Shown: positions 55,137-61,847 of the stretch, piece after piece
Position numbering within the stretch: position 1 is the stretch's first letter
How the letters are laid out: the number at the start of each line of letters is the position of its first letter
Assembly: GCA_947459875.1 (NCBI GenBank)
Contig: CANHFG010000004.1
Coordinates: forward strand, 1-61,847
Length of the DNA: 61,847 nt
DNA from: Ignavibacteria bacterium
GTDB lineage: Bacteria > Bacteroidota > Ignavibacteria > Kapaibacteriales > Kapaibacteriaceae
Reading direction: 5' to 3'
Position numbers and translations under genes: made by a program
The notes under the pieces: model-generated
What the model saw: only the letters and a program-made list of their open reading frames with translations
What the model was told of the DNA's origin: nothing
The model's database searches: none

Positions 55137-55209
55137 GGGCCCATAGCTCAGCTGGGAGAGCGCTTCAATGGCATTGAAGAGGTCAGCGGTTCGATCCCGC
55201 TTGGGTCCA
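55137..55209 (+). tRNA. tRNA-Ala (anticodon GGC)
   Basis: I folded the cloverleaf by hand. The acceptor stem is GGGCCCA/TGGGTCC with the G3:U70 Ala identity pair. The D stem is GCTC/GAGC. The anticodon stem CTTCA/TGAAG carries the loop AT-GGC-AT. The T stem AGCGG/CCGCT carries the loop TTCGATC. The tRNA is 73 nt and CCA is not encoded. Confidence 0.95.
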
Positions 55210-55226
55210 CCCGAAAACCGGTAATT

Positions 55227-55301
55227 GGGATCGTAGCTCAGCTTGGTTAGAGCGCCGCCCTGTCAAGGCGGAGGTCGCGGGTTCGAGCCCCGTCGGTCCC
55301 G
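55227..55301 (+). tRNA. tRNA-Asp (anticodon GTC)
   Basis: The acceptor stem is GGGATCG/CGGTCCC (one G-U pair). The anticodon stem CCGCC/GGCGG carries the loop CT-GTC-AA. The T arm is GCGGG-TTCGAGC-CCCGT. The discriminator is G and the tRNA is 75 nt. Confidence 0.95.
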
Positions 55302-55314
55302 CCCAATTACACGA

Positions 55315-55349
55315 AACGCCCGTCAGAAATGATGGGCGTTTTGCGTTTT
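55315..55349 (+). terminator. Rho-independent terminator after the tRNA pair
   Basis: The hairpin aacgcccgtc/gatgggcgtt (one G-U pair, 6-nt loop) is followed by TTTTGCGTTTT. Confidence 0.75.
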
Positions 55350-55363
55350 ACATGCTATCGTGC

Positions 55364-55404
55364 GGTCGCAGCATGCAATCGCGGGGTCGCAGCATGCTGC
55401 GACC
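55364..55404. repeat. Direct repeat GGTCGCAGCATGC (two copies); the second copy is extended into a perfect 20-bp palindrome
   Basis: The copies lie at 55364-55376 and 55385-55397. The palindrome ggtcgcagcatgctgcgacc lies at 55385-55404, between the tRNA terminator and the stop of the minus-strand gene at 55418. Confidence 0.8.
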
Positions 55405-55417
55405 CTCCCTACCCCCC

Positions 55418-55765
55418 CTAATCCCCGCTTCCCTTGAACGTATCGTCTTCATCAGCAAAGAAGACATTGAAGGACGTCATAGAACCGTAAATGCGGGTGA
55501 TATAGCTCTGTAGCTTCACCTTCTCACCGGTTTCGAGGGACTTGTTGGAGTTGATCTGCTGCTCGAGGACTCTCAGATTGTCGCGCATCATCACGATCTT
55601 ATGCATGAAGCGCTCAATGGACATCTCATGCTGTTTCAGGCGATCATCTCCCGGCTTGAAGATCATCGTGCCGTGCTGCCACTTTGGGGCGATCTCGACG
55701 TTGGAGGTGCGTTCGAGTTCGCGCGCGATCATACGCGCAAGGAGTTCTAGTTCGCTGCGTTCCAC
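55418..55765 (-). CDS. Small hypothetical protein (115 aa, or 104 aa from the ATG at 55732)
   Basis: The ORF has plausible coding character: MERSELELLARMIARELERT...ERFMHKIVMMRDNLRVLEQQINS...LQSYITRIYGSMTSFNVFF. It overlaps the bioY stop by 19 nt if started at 55765. No family was recognised. Confidence 0.5.
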   Translation of the reverse strand: MERSELELLARMIARELERTSNVEIAPKWQHGTMIFKPGDDRLKQHEMSIERFMHKIVMMRDNLRVLEQQINSNKSLETGEKVKLQSYITRIYGSMTSFNVFFADEDDTFKGSGD

Positions 55766-56307
55766 CGCACGCTCCGGATCATCGTAAACAGTAGGACCGA
55801 CTTGATCACGTCACCGGCAAGGAAAGGGGCTACCCCCATGGCAACGGCGTTTTCGGGGCCGACGAACGTCGAAAGGACAAGTGAACCGAAAAGGAGGATG
55901 AGCGCCTGCGCACCGACAACAGAAAGGGCCAGACCGGAGCGTGTCGATGTCAGACCGGCATCGCGCAGGCGTCCAAGTAGCGCGGCGGCTGCGGCAAAAC
56001 CGATCAGGTAGCCGGATGTTGGACCCCACAGCGCCGACATCGACTCAAAGCCGGCAAACACCGGCGCACCCAGAACGCCCAGAGCGAGGTAAGAGAGCAC
56101 GCTTGCCATTCCGACGCGGTAGCCGAAAAGCAGTGGCCATGCGATCACGGCAAAGGTCTGCCCCGTGATCGGAACGGGTGTGAATGGTAACGGCACGCGT
56201 ATCTGCGTGCAGGCTACAAGCACCAGCGTGCCAAGAACGCTGAGCTGGACTGTGCGGTTGGAGATGGCCTGTCTAAGGCTGGGAGTTAGTGTGCGTGGTG
56301 TGTTCAT
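55747..56307 (-). CDS. bioY: Biotin transporter BioY
   Basis: The motifs VPLPFTPVPITGQTFAVI, GAPVFAG, GPTSGYLIGF and PFLAGDVIK form the BioY family pattern. There are about 6 TM segments. Confidence 0.8.
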   Translation of the reverse strand: MNTPRTLTPSLRQAISNRTVQLSVLGTLVLVACTQIRVPLPFTPVPITGQTFAVIAWPLLFGYRVGMASVLSYLALGVLGAPVFAGFESMSALWGPTSGYLIGFAAAAALLGRLRDAGLTSTRSGLALSVVGAQALILLFGSLVLSTFVGPENAVAMGVAPFLAGDVIKSVLLFTMIRSVRWNAAN

Positions 56308-56328
56308 GGGCGCAAAAATACACGATGG

Positions 56329-57159
56329 TTACTCTTTCAGTGCACCGGCAGTAAGACCCTCGATGATGCGACGCTGAAAGACAACAAACAGCAGAAGTAT
56401 CGGTGCTGCAGCAATGCTTGCTCCGGCCATCAGATGTCCCCAGTCAATGGACTGCTTGCCGAGATAGAAGGCAAGTCCGACCGGAAGAGTTCGATGTGCT
56501 TCATCATTGGTGAACAGAAACGGAAAGAGGAATGAGTTCCAGTTCGACAAAAACGTGTAGATCGCCAGCACCGTCAGGACAGGTCGACAAAGGGGCGCTA
56601 CGATACGCCAGAGAATGTACCACTCGCCTGCCCCATCGATGCGGGCGGCATCTTCCATTTCGGCTGGCATCGACTGGATGTATTGTCGCACGAGAAAAAT
56701 CCCGAACGGCGTGACAAGCCATGGCACGATAAGCGCTGCGTAGGAGTTGATCCATCCCAGGCTGGCAACAAGTCGATACAGCGGGATCATGATGACCTGC
56801 TGCGGTACGGCCAGAACTCCTAAGATCGACAGAAACAGCAGCCCCTTACCGGCGAAACGTCGGCGGGCAAAGGCATAACCGGCCCAGAGACAGAAGACTA
56901 CATTGCCGAACGTGACGATACTTGCTACCAATAGTGAGTTGACAAAGTACCCCAAGAAGTTGTCCGAAGTCCACGCATCGGCGTAGTTGACCGTGCTCAT
57001 CGGCGCGCTAAGCATCTGTCCAAGTGTTGCATGCTGCTCGGGAGATTCACGCAGCGAGACAAGGATCATCCAAGCCATCGGGGCGATCATTCCAAGTGCA
57101 ACCACGCACAAAAGCGTTATCACAAACAGGCGGCCAAGAGAGAAACGTCGGGCAATCAT
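56329..57159 (-). CDS. Carbohydrate-type ABC transporter permease (MalG/UgpE-like)
   Basis: There are six TM segments. The EAA loop is EDAARIDGAGEWYILWRIVAPLCRPVL. The ATG forms an ATGA overlap with the nadD stop. Confidence 0.85.
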   Translation of the reverse strand: MIARRFSLGRLFVITLLCVVALGMIAPMAWMILVSLRESPEQHATLGQMLSAPMSTVNYADAWTSDNFLGYFVNSLLVASIVTFGNVVFCLWAGYAFARRRFAGKGLLFLSILGVLAVPQQVIMIPLYRLVASLGWINSYAALIVPWLVTPFGIFLVRQYIQSMPAEMEDAARIDGAGEWYILWRIVAPLCRPVLTVLAIYTFLSNWNSFLFPFLFTNDEAHRTLPVGLAFYLGKQSIDWGHLMAGASIAAAPILLLFVVFQRRIIEGLTAGALKE

Positions 57160-57773
57160 CTTCGGTACAGTCCGTGCTCATTGATGAAGTCGCGCACGGC
57201 CTTTGTCGTGAGGTAATTGATACTCTTGTCCTGACGCACGCGATGGCGGATATCGGTGGACGAGATCTCCAGCAAAGGGGCGTTGATCCATACCGGCGAC
57301 CGAGAACCTACCGTGAGTGTTTCCGTCAGGCGCTCCTCCATCTCCGGAGTCAGCAGAAATGGGCGACGAACAATGCAAAGCTGCGATTGACCGAGCAGAT
57401 CCTGCCAGCGGTGCCAGCGCACGAATTCCACGGCCTGGTCGCTGCCGATCAGCACAAAGAGCTCTGCCCGAGGATGCTCGGCCTGCATGGCCGCAACCGT
57501 GTCGATAGTGTAGGACACGCCGCCTCGGCGGACCTCGACGTCACTGACATGAAATTTTGGATGCTGCTCGGTAGCCAGCTGCACCATCTGCAGACGCTCT
57601 TCGGCCGATGCCAGCATGGGGTCATCGATCTTAAATGGCGACCGAGCCGTCGGCACGAAGTAACAACGGTCGAGATCCAGCTGATCGACAAACCTGTCCG
57701 CAATGATCAGGTGAGCGATGTGAATGGGGTTGAATGAGCCGCCTATGATTCCTATTCGCATGGGTGTGGCCAT
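57156..57773 (-). CDS. nadD: Nicotinate-nucleotide adenylyltransferase
   Basis: The motifs IGIIGGSFNPIHIAHL (the (H/T)xGH-type motif) and ISSTDIR are present. Confidence 0.9.
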   Translation of the reverse strand: MATPMRIGIIGGSFNPIHIAHLIIADRFVDQLDLDRCYFVPTARSPFKIDDPMLASAEERLQMVQLATEQHPKFHVSDVEVRRGGVSYTIDTVAAMQAEHPRAELFVLIGSDQAVEFVRWHRWQDLLGQSQLCIVRRPFLLTPEMEERLTETLTVGSRSPVWINAPLLEISSTDIRHRVRQDKSINYLTTKAVRDFINEHGLYRR

Positions 57774-57778
57774 CCGTG

Positions 57779-58600
57779 CTAGAGCAATAACAGCAGTGAA
57801 GCGGCCATGACGGCCATCCCGGCAACCAGACCATACACGCTCAGGTGATGTTCTCCGTAGTCGCGCGCAGCCGGAAGTAATTCATCGATCGAAATGAAGA
57901 CCATGATCCCGGCCACAAGGCCAAACAGGATGCCCATAACGAGCGGACTCATGATCGGGAGCAGGATCAGGTATCCAATGATAGCGCCGACCGGCTCGGC
58001 AAGACCTGAAAGAAACGACCAGAAAAAAGCACGCTTGCGGTCGTTGGTGGCATAGTACACCGGAACACTTACGGCAATGCCCTCTGGGATGTTGTGGATG
58101 GCAATAGCAATGGCAATGGCCAGTCCCAGACTCGGGTCATCAAGCGCGCTGACAAACGTGGCGAGACCTTCGGGGAAGTTGTGAATGCCGATGGCGATGG
58201 CCGTCATCACGCCAACACGCATGAGCTGGTTGCGCTTGCGGTACTCCTGGCTCTTCTCCGCGTCGTCCATATACTCGACGCTCATATTCTCATGCGGGTT
58301 CTCATAGGTCGGCACCAGCTTATCGATGATAGCGATCAGCGCAATACCGGCGAAGAACGAACCCACCGCCAGCCAGCGTCCCTGCTGCATGCCGTATTCC
58401 TGCGTGAGGGCCACGACGGACTTGTTCAAGATCTCGACGAACGAGACATAGATCATCACACCGGCGGAGAAGCCGAGCGAGATCGATAAGGCCTTTGTGC
58501 TGGTGCGCTTCGTGAAGAATGCCATGGCCGAGCCGACACCAGTTGCAAGCCCAGCCAGAAGCGTGAGTGCAAAGGCGTACCCGACGGCATGCATGTCCAT
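57779..58600 (-). CDS. zupT: ZIP family zinc transporter ZupT
   Basis: The segments LLAGLATGVGSAMAFF, IGIHNFPEGLA and IAIHNIPEGIAV are present, with 8 TM segments. Confidence 0.85.
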   Translation of the reverse strand: MDMHAVGYAFALTLLAGLATGVGSAMAFFTKRTSTKALSISLGFSAGVMIYVSFVEILNKSVVALTQEYGMQQGRWLAVGSFFAGIALIAIIDKLVPTYENPHENMSVEYMDDAEKSQEYRKRNQLMRVGVMTAIAIGIHNFPEGLATFVSALDDPSLGLAIAIAIAIHNIPEGIAVSVPVYYATNDRKRAFFWSFLSGLAEPVGAIIGYLILLPIMSPLVMGILFGLVAGIMVFISIDELLPAARDYGEHHLSVYGLVAGMAVMAASLLLLL

Positions 58601-58601
58601 C

Positions 58602-59939
58602 TTATGCCAGGGTCTTTACCAGCGTCGAAGCCGTGGCACGGCGTCCGTGCACGACGTTCAGCGAGACCAGCGAGCGTGATGGCCTGCAACGGGCTTCGAA
58701 TTCATCACGGAACTTCTCGATGAAACCCTTTACCGGCCAAGCGGCAGCGTCACCAAGAGCACATATCGTATTGCCTTCGATGTTCGAGGCTACACTGTAG
58801 AGAAGGTCGATGTCCGATGACGTCGCCTCGCCATGCTCGATGCGGTGCAGAACCTTTTCCATCCATCCGCATCCTTCGCGGCATGGAGTGCACTGACCAC
58901 ATGACTCGTGATGATAGAAACGGGCTATGCGCAGCGTAACGGCAACGACATCGGTGTCTTCGTCCATCACCATGATACCGGCCGTTCCGATGTGCGTACC
59001 GAGCTTCTTGAGAGACTCTTCGTCCATGCGGACGCCTTCGATCTCATCACCACGCATTGGCGGCATGGACGAGCCACCCGGGATGATGGCCTTAACCTTC
59101 TTGCCACCGGGCACGCCACCGCAGACGTTATTGATAATATCTGTCAGAAGCGTTCCTGTCGGAAGTTCAAACACGCCGGGCTTGTTGACGTGTCCACTCA
59201 CACCATACAGGATCGTACCGCTATGTCCGGGCGCTCCTATCTGCGAATACGCCTCGGCACCCATGGCAATGATCGGGGGGACTGTGGCAATCGTCTCAAC
59301 ATTGTTGATAGTCGTCGGCATTCCCCATAGCCCCTTGTTGGCCGGGAAAGGGGGCTTGTAGCGAGGATAGGCCCGGTCTCCTTCGAGCGAGTTCATCAGA
59401 GACGTTTCTTCTCCACAGATGTAGGCCCCTGCTCCCTTGTGCACGACGATGTCGATCGTGTACTCACCACCAAACGTCTTTTTCATTCCTTCGCCAATGA
59501 GCCCCTTCGCATAGGCCTCATCGACGGCTGCCTGCATCATGTCCACCCATGCATGGTATTCACCACGGATGTAGATAAAGGCCATCTTGATGTTCATGGC
59601 ATAGCCGGCGATCAGGATACCTTCGATCAGCTGATGCGGATTGTACTCGAAAATCTGACGGTCCTTGAAAGAGCCGGGCTCGGATTCGTCACCATTGATG
59701 GCCAGGTACTTCGGCTTGTCATTCCCCTTTGGCATGAAAGACCACTTCAGACCCGTCGGGAAGCACGCTCCGCCGCGACCTCGAAGGCCGGAGCGCTTCA
59801 CTTCGTCGATCACGGCATCCGGCGTCATCGACAGGACCTTGCGGTAGGCATTGTATCCACCGTTGGCGATATAGACATCAGCCTTGTGCAGGTCGGCGAT
59901 CTTCGGAAGGACAAGATGTGGCGAAGTGTACATGAGCAT
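58602..59939 (-). CDS. nuoF: NADH:quinone oxidoreductase subunit F (NuoF-like FMN/NADH-binding flavoprotein)
   Basis: The motifs GLRGRGGACFPTGLKWSF, NGDESEPGSFKDR and ESCGQCTPCREG (N3 cluster) are present. I preferred the ATG at 59939 over the TTG at 59945. Confidence 0.85.
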   Translation of the reverse strand: MLMYTSPHLVLPKIADLHKADVYIANGGYNAYRKVLSMTPDAVIDEVKRSGLRGRGGACFPTGLKWSFMPKGNDKPKYLAINGDESEPGSFKDRQIFEYNPHQLIEGILIAGYAMNIKMAFIYIRGEYHAWVDMMQAAVDEAYAKGLIGEGMKKTFGGEYTIDIVVHKGAGAYICGEETSLMNSLEGDRAYPRYKPPFPANKGLWGMPTTINNVETIATVPPIIAMGAEAYSQIGAPGHSGTILYGVSGHVNKPGVFELPTGTLLTDIINNVCGGVPGGKKVKAIIPGGSSMPPMRGDEIEGVRMDEESLKKLGTHIGTAGIMVMDEDTDVVAVTLRIARFYHHESCGQCTPCREGCGWMEKVLHRIEHGEATSSDIDLLYSVASNIEGNTICALGDAAAWPVKGFIEKFRDEFEARCRPSRSLVSLNVVHGRRATASTLVKTLA

Positions 59940-59984
59940 CCTCAAAATGATGGCAAATATAACGAGTCAGACATCGAGCCGGAA

Positions 59985-61211
59985 TCAGGAGTGGTTGACA
60001 GATTCCACAACAACCGCCAGACCCTGTCCGACACCGATGCAGAGGGAGGCACATCCGAGGCGTGCTCCGCGTCGGCGCATCTCTCGAACAAGACTTCCCA
60101 GGATTCGTGCGCCACTCATCCCGAGGGGGTGACCGATGGCGATCGCACCGCCGTTGACGTTTACGCGGTCCAGGTCGACGCCAAGCTCTCTGATGCAGGC
60201 CAGCGCCTGAGCGGCAAAGGCCTCATTGATCTCGATAAGTTCCAGATCAGCAACGCTCACGCCGGCCCGCGAACATGCCTGCTGGATAGCCCCCACGGGC
60301 CCGACGCCCATGATGCGTGGGTCTACGCCAACAGCGCCCGAACTGAGGAGTCGCGCATAGACATGCTTGCGCAGGTGCGGCTGACGATCCAGAGCCTCCT
60401 GACTAGCAAGAACCATCATGCCTGCACCGTCATTGAGGGACGAGGAATTTCCAGCCGTAACGCTTCCGCCCTTTCGAAACGCAGCGCCCAGCACGCCAAG
60501 GCGTTCCAGGGTAGTGTCACGTCGGGGCTGCTCGTCATGTTCGACGATAAGGGGCTCTCCCTTACGCTGCGGTATGCGAACGGGCACGATCTCTTCGGCG
60601 TGAATGCCGGCGTCTCGAGCGGCGCATGCGCGAACGTGACTGCGAAGAGCAAACTCATCCTGATCATGACGTGAAATGCTCCAACGCTCGGCAATGTTCT
60701 CGGCGGTCTCACCCATGGTTTCGAGTGGTATGATCTTCTCCAGTCGGGGGTTGGGGTAACGCCATCCGAGAGCCGTGTCGTAGGCGGTGATGTTACCGAA
60801 CATCGCTCCACCGGAGACATTCTTTGGCAGACTGTACGGAGCACGCGACATGCTTTCGACGCCCCCTGACACAACGACGTGATGTTCCCCACTGGCGATC
60901 GACCTCATACCCTGTATGACAGCTTCGAGCGAGGAGGCGCAGAGCCGGTTGACAGTCACGGCCGGAACGGTTTCCGGCAGGCCCGACAGTAGCACGGCCA
61001 TACGCGCAATGTTTCGATTGTCCTCGCCGGCCTGATTGGCGCATCCGACAATAACATCATCGATCGATGTCGGATCAAGCGATAGACGATCGACGAGCTC
61101 AGCGATCAGATCGCCGGCCATGTCATCGGGTCGAACTACAGAGAGTGCCCCACCGTACTTGCCAACAGGCGTGCGAAGGGGTTCAAGGATATAGACAGGT
61201 TTCATGTTCAT
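59985..61211 (-). CDS. Acetyl-CoA C-acetyltransferase (thiolase II)
   Basis: The motifs VNRLCASSLEA (active-site Cys), NGGAIAIGHPLGMSGAR and CIGVGQG are present. Confidence 0.92.
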   Translation of the reverse strand: MNMKPVYILEPLRTPVGKYGGALSVVRPDDMAGDLIAELVDRLSLDPTSIDDVIVGCANQAGEDNRNIARMAVLLSGLPETVPAVTVNRLCASSLEAVIQGMRSIASGEHHVVVSGGVESMSRAPYSLPKNVSGGAMFGNITAYDTALGWRYPNPRLEKIIPLETMGETAENIAERWSISRHDQDEFALRSHVRACAARDAGIHAEEIVPVRIPQRKGEPLIVEHDEQPRRDTTLERLGVLGAAFRKGGSVTAGNSSSLNDGAGMMVLASQEALDRQPHLRKHVYARLLSSGAVGVDPRIMGVGPVGAIQQACSRAGVSVADLELIEINEAFAAQALACIRELGVDLDRVNVNGGAIAIGHPLGMSGARILGSLVREMRRRGARLGCASLCIGVGQGLAVVVESVNHS

Positions 61212-61228
61212 AATGGATGGTCAGGTGT

Positions 61229-61847
61229 TCAGATCGAAGCGAGATTGCGCTGCAATTTCATGAGTGCATCCGTCCAGTCGGCCTGCTTCTGCCGTTCATT
61301 CTCGATGATCTCGGGTTTGGCATTGGCTACGAAGCTTGCATTGGAGAGTTTCTTCTCAACACCGGCCAGTGCTGCCGTAAGCCGGTCGATCTCCTTGGTG
61401 ATGCGGGCACGTTCCTTGTCGAAATCGATCTTGCCGGCAACCACAAGGTAGATCTCATTGCCCCGGACCACATCAGCAACCGAGCCCTGTGGTGTATCGA
61501 GGTCGTGACCGATGACGAGCTCTGCACAACGGGCAAGAGCCGTGATGACAGCTCTTTGTGAAGAGTAGAACCCGACTTCGTCCTGTCGCACGCGCAGATG
61601 CACGTCAAGACGCTCTCCCGGGGGTATACCCATCTCGGCGCGTTGACGTCGAAGGGCTTCTACCACAAGTTGAAGCGTCTCGAAACGCTCCTCAGTGAGC
61701 TGATCAATGTCGTCGGTCTTGGCCAGTGGGGCCCTGGACGTGGAGATCGATTCTTCTGGGGTGTGTCCGAGGAGTCCGTGCCAGAGCTCTTCGGTTATGA
61801 AGGGCATGACCGGGTGCAGAAGGTGCAGTGTTCCGTCGATCACTGAA
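61229..61847 (-). CDS. valS: Valine--tRNA ligase, C-terminal part (gene continues beyond the right edge)
   Basis: The motif LHPVMPFITEELW lies in the anticodon-binding region. The C-terminal coiled coil is FDKERARITKEIDRLTAALAGVEKKLSNASFVANA. The frame is open to the window end, so the start at 61843 in the ORF track is an artefact of the edge. Confidence 0.85.
   Translation of the reverse strand, partial: SVIDGTLHLLHPVMPFITEELWHGLLGHTPEESISTSRAPLAKTDDIDQLTEERFETLQLVVEALRRQRAEMGIPPGERLDVHLRVRQDEVGFYSSQRAVITALARCAELVIGHDLDTPQGSVADVVRGNEIYLVVAGKIDFDKERARITKEIDRLTAALAGVEKKLSNASFVANAKPEIIENERQKQADWTDALMKLQRNLASI

Noticed and set aside
55077-55420. A mobile element or genomic island integrated at the tRNA-Ala/tRNA-Asp locus
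   Set aside because: There is no integrase, transposase or excisionase, no duplicated tRNA 3' end and no long direct repeats. Only a short palindromic or direct-repeat element and one small ORF are present.
59439-60674. A 411-aa plus-strand ORF spanning the nuoF/thiolase junction in antisense
   Set aside because: Both opposite-strand genes carry definitive catalytic motifs. The ORF crosses their intergenic gap, which real genes rarely do. It is a shadow frame.
1-61847. CRISPR arrays, defence islands, toxin-antitoxin pairs, or biosynthetic clusters (NRPS/PKS/RiPP)
   Set aside because: I scanned both strands. There are no regularly spaced repeats. There are no nuclease, helicase or methylase defence-type genes, no small paired ORFs of toxin-antitoxin type, and no condensation, KS or radical-SAM signatures.

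Overview
This is a high-GC (roughly 58-60% by eye) bacterial chromosomal segment. It is very tightly packed, with about 55 protein genes, 2 tRNAs and almost no intergenic DNA. Many neighbouring genes share ATGA or TGATG stop/start overlaps. The content is mostly housekeeping: ftsY, pgsA, rnhB, folE, glmS, meaB, pepF, pepA, pdp, rdgB, nadD, nuoF, thiolase, the valS 3' end, and tRNA-Ala and tRNA-Asp. Several signals point to the FCB superphylum (Bacteroidota, Chlorobiota, Ignavibacteriota or Kapabacteria-like). These are three proteins with T9SS-type C-terminal sorting tails, a TonB-dependent receptor with a CarboxypepD_reg-like N-domain paired with a DUF4249-like lipoprotein, an LptD-like protein with the YTTCD..PHFYF motif, and a TTG/TAnnTTTG-type promoter upstream of the tRNAs. 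I saw no CRISPR array, transposase, integrase, prophage module or recognisable defence gene. The non-ordinary content is as follows. (1) Four tandem fibre-like secreted proteins sit at the left end, and one of them is missing from the supplied ORF track because it runs off the window. (2) Two giant, independently terminated surface proteins are present (1353 aa with an Ig-repeat array and a T9SS tail; 1297 aa with a lamin-tail-like domain, Cys-bracketed beta-modules and a cohesin-like domain). (3) There is an animal-type PTPS plus folE pterin module, with a pteridine-reductase-like SDR next to ygfZ about 40 kb away. (4) RdgB is fused to a carboxymuconolactone-decarboxylase-like domain. (5) A tight ferredoxin/amidohydrolase/ATP-grasp-like operon of unknown function is present. 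(6) A small orphan gene lies beside the tRNA pair, flanked by a perfect 20-bp palindrome, a direct repeat and a G-quadruplex-capable tract. All functional calls rest on motif recognition by eye. No searches were run.
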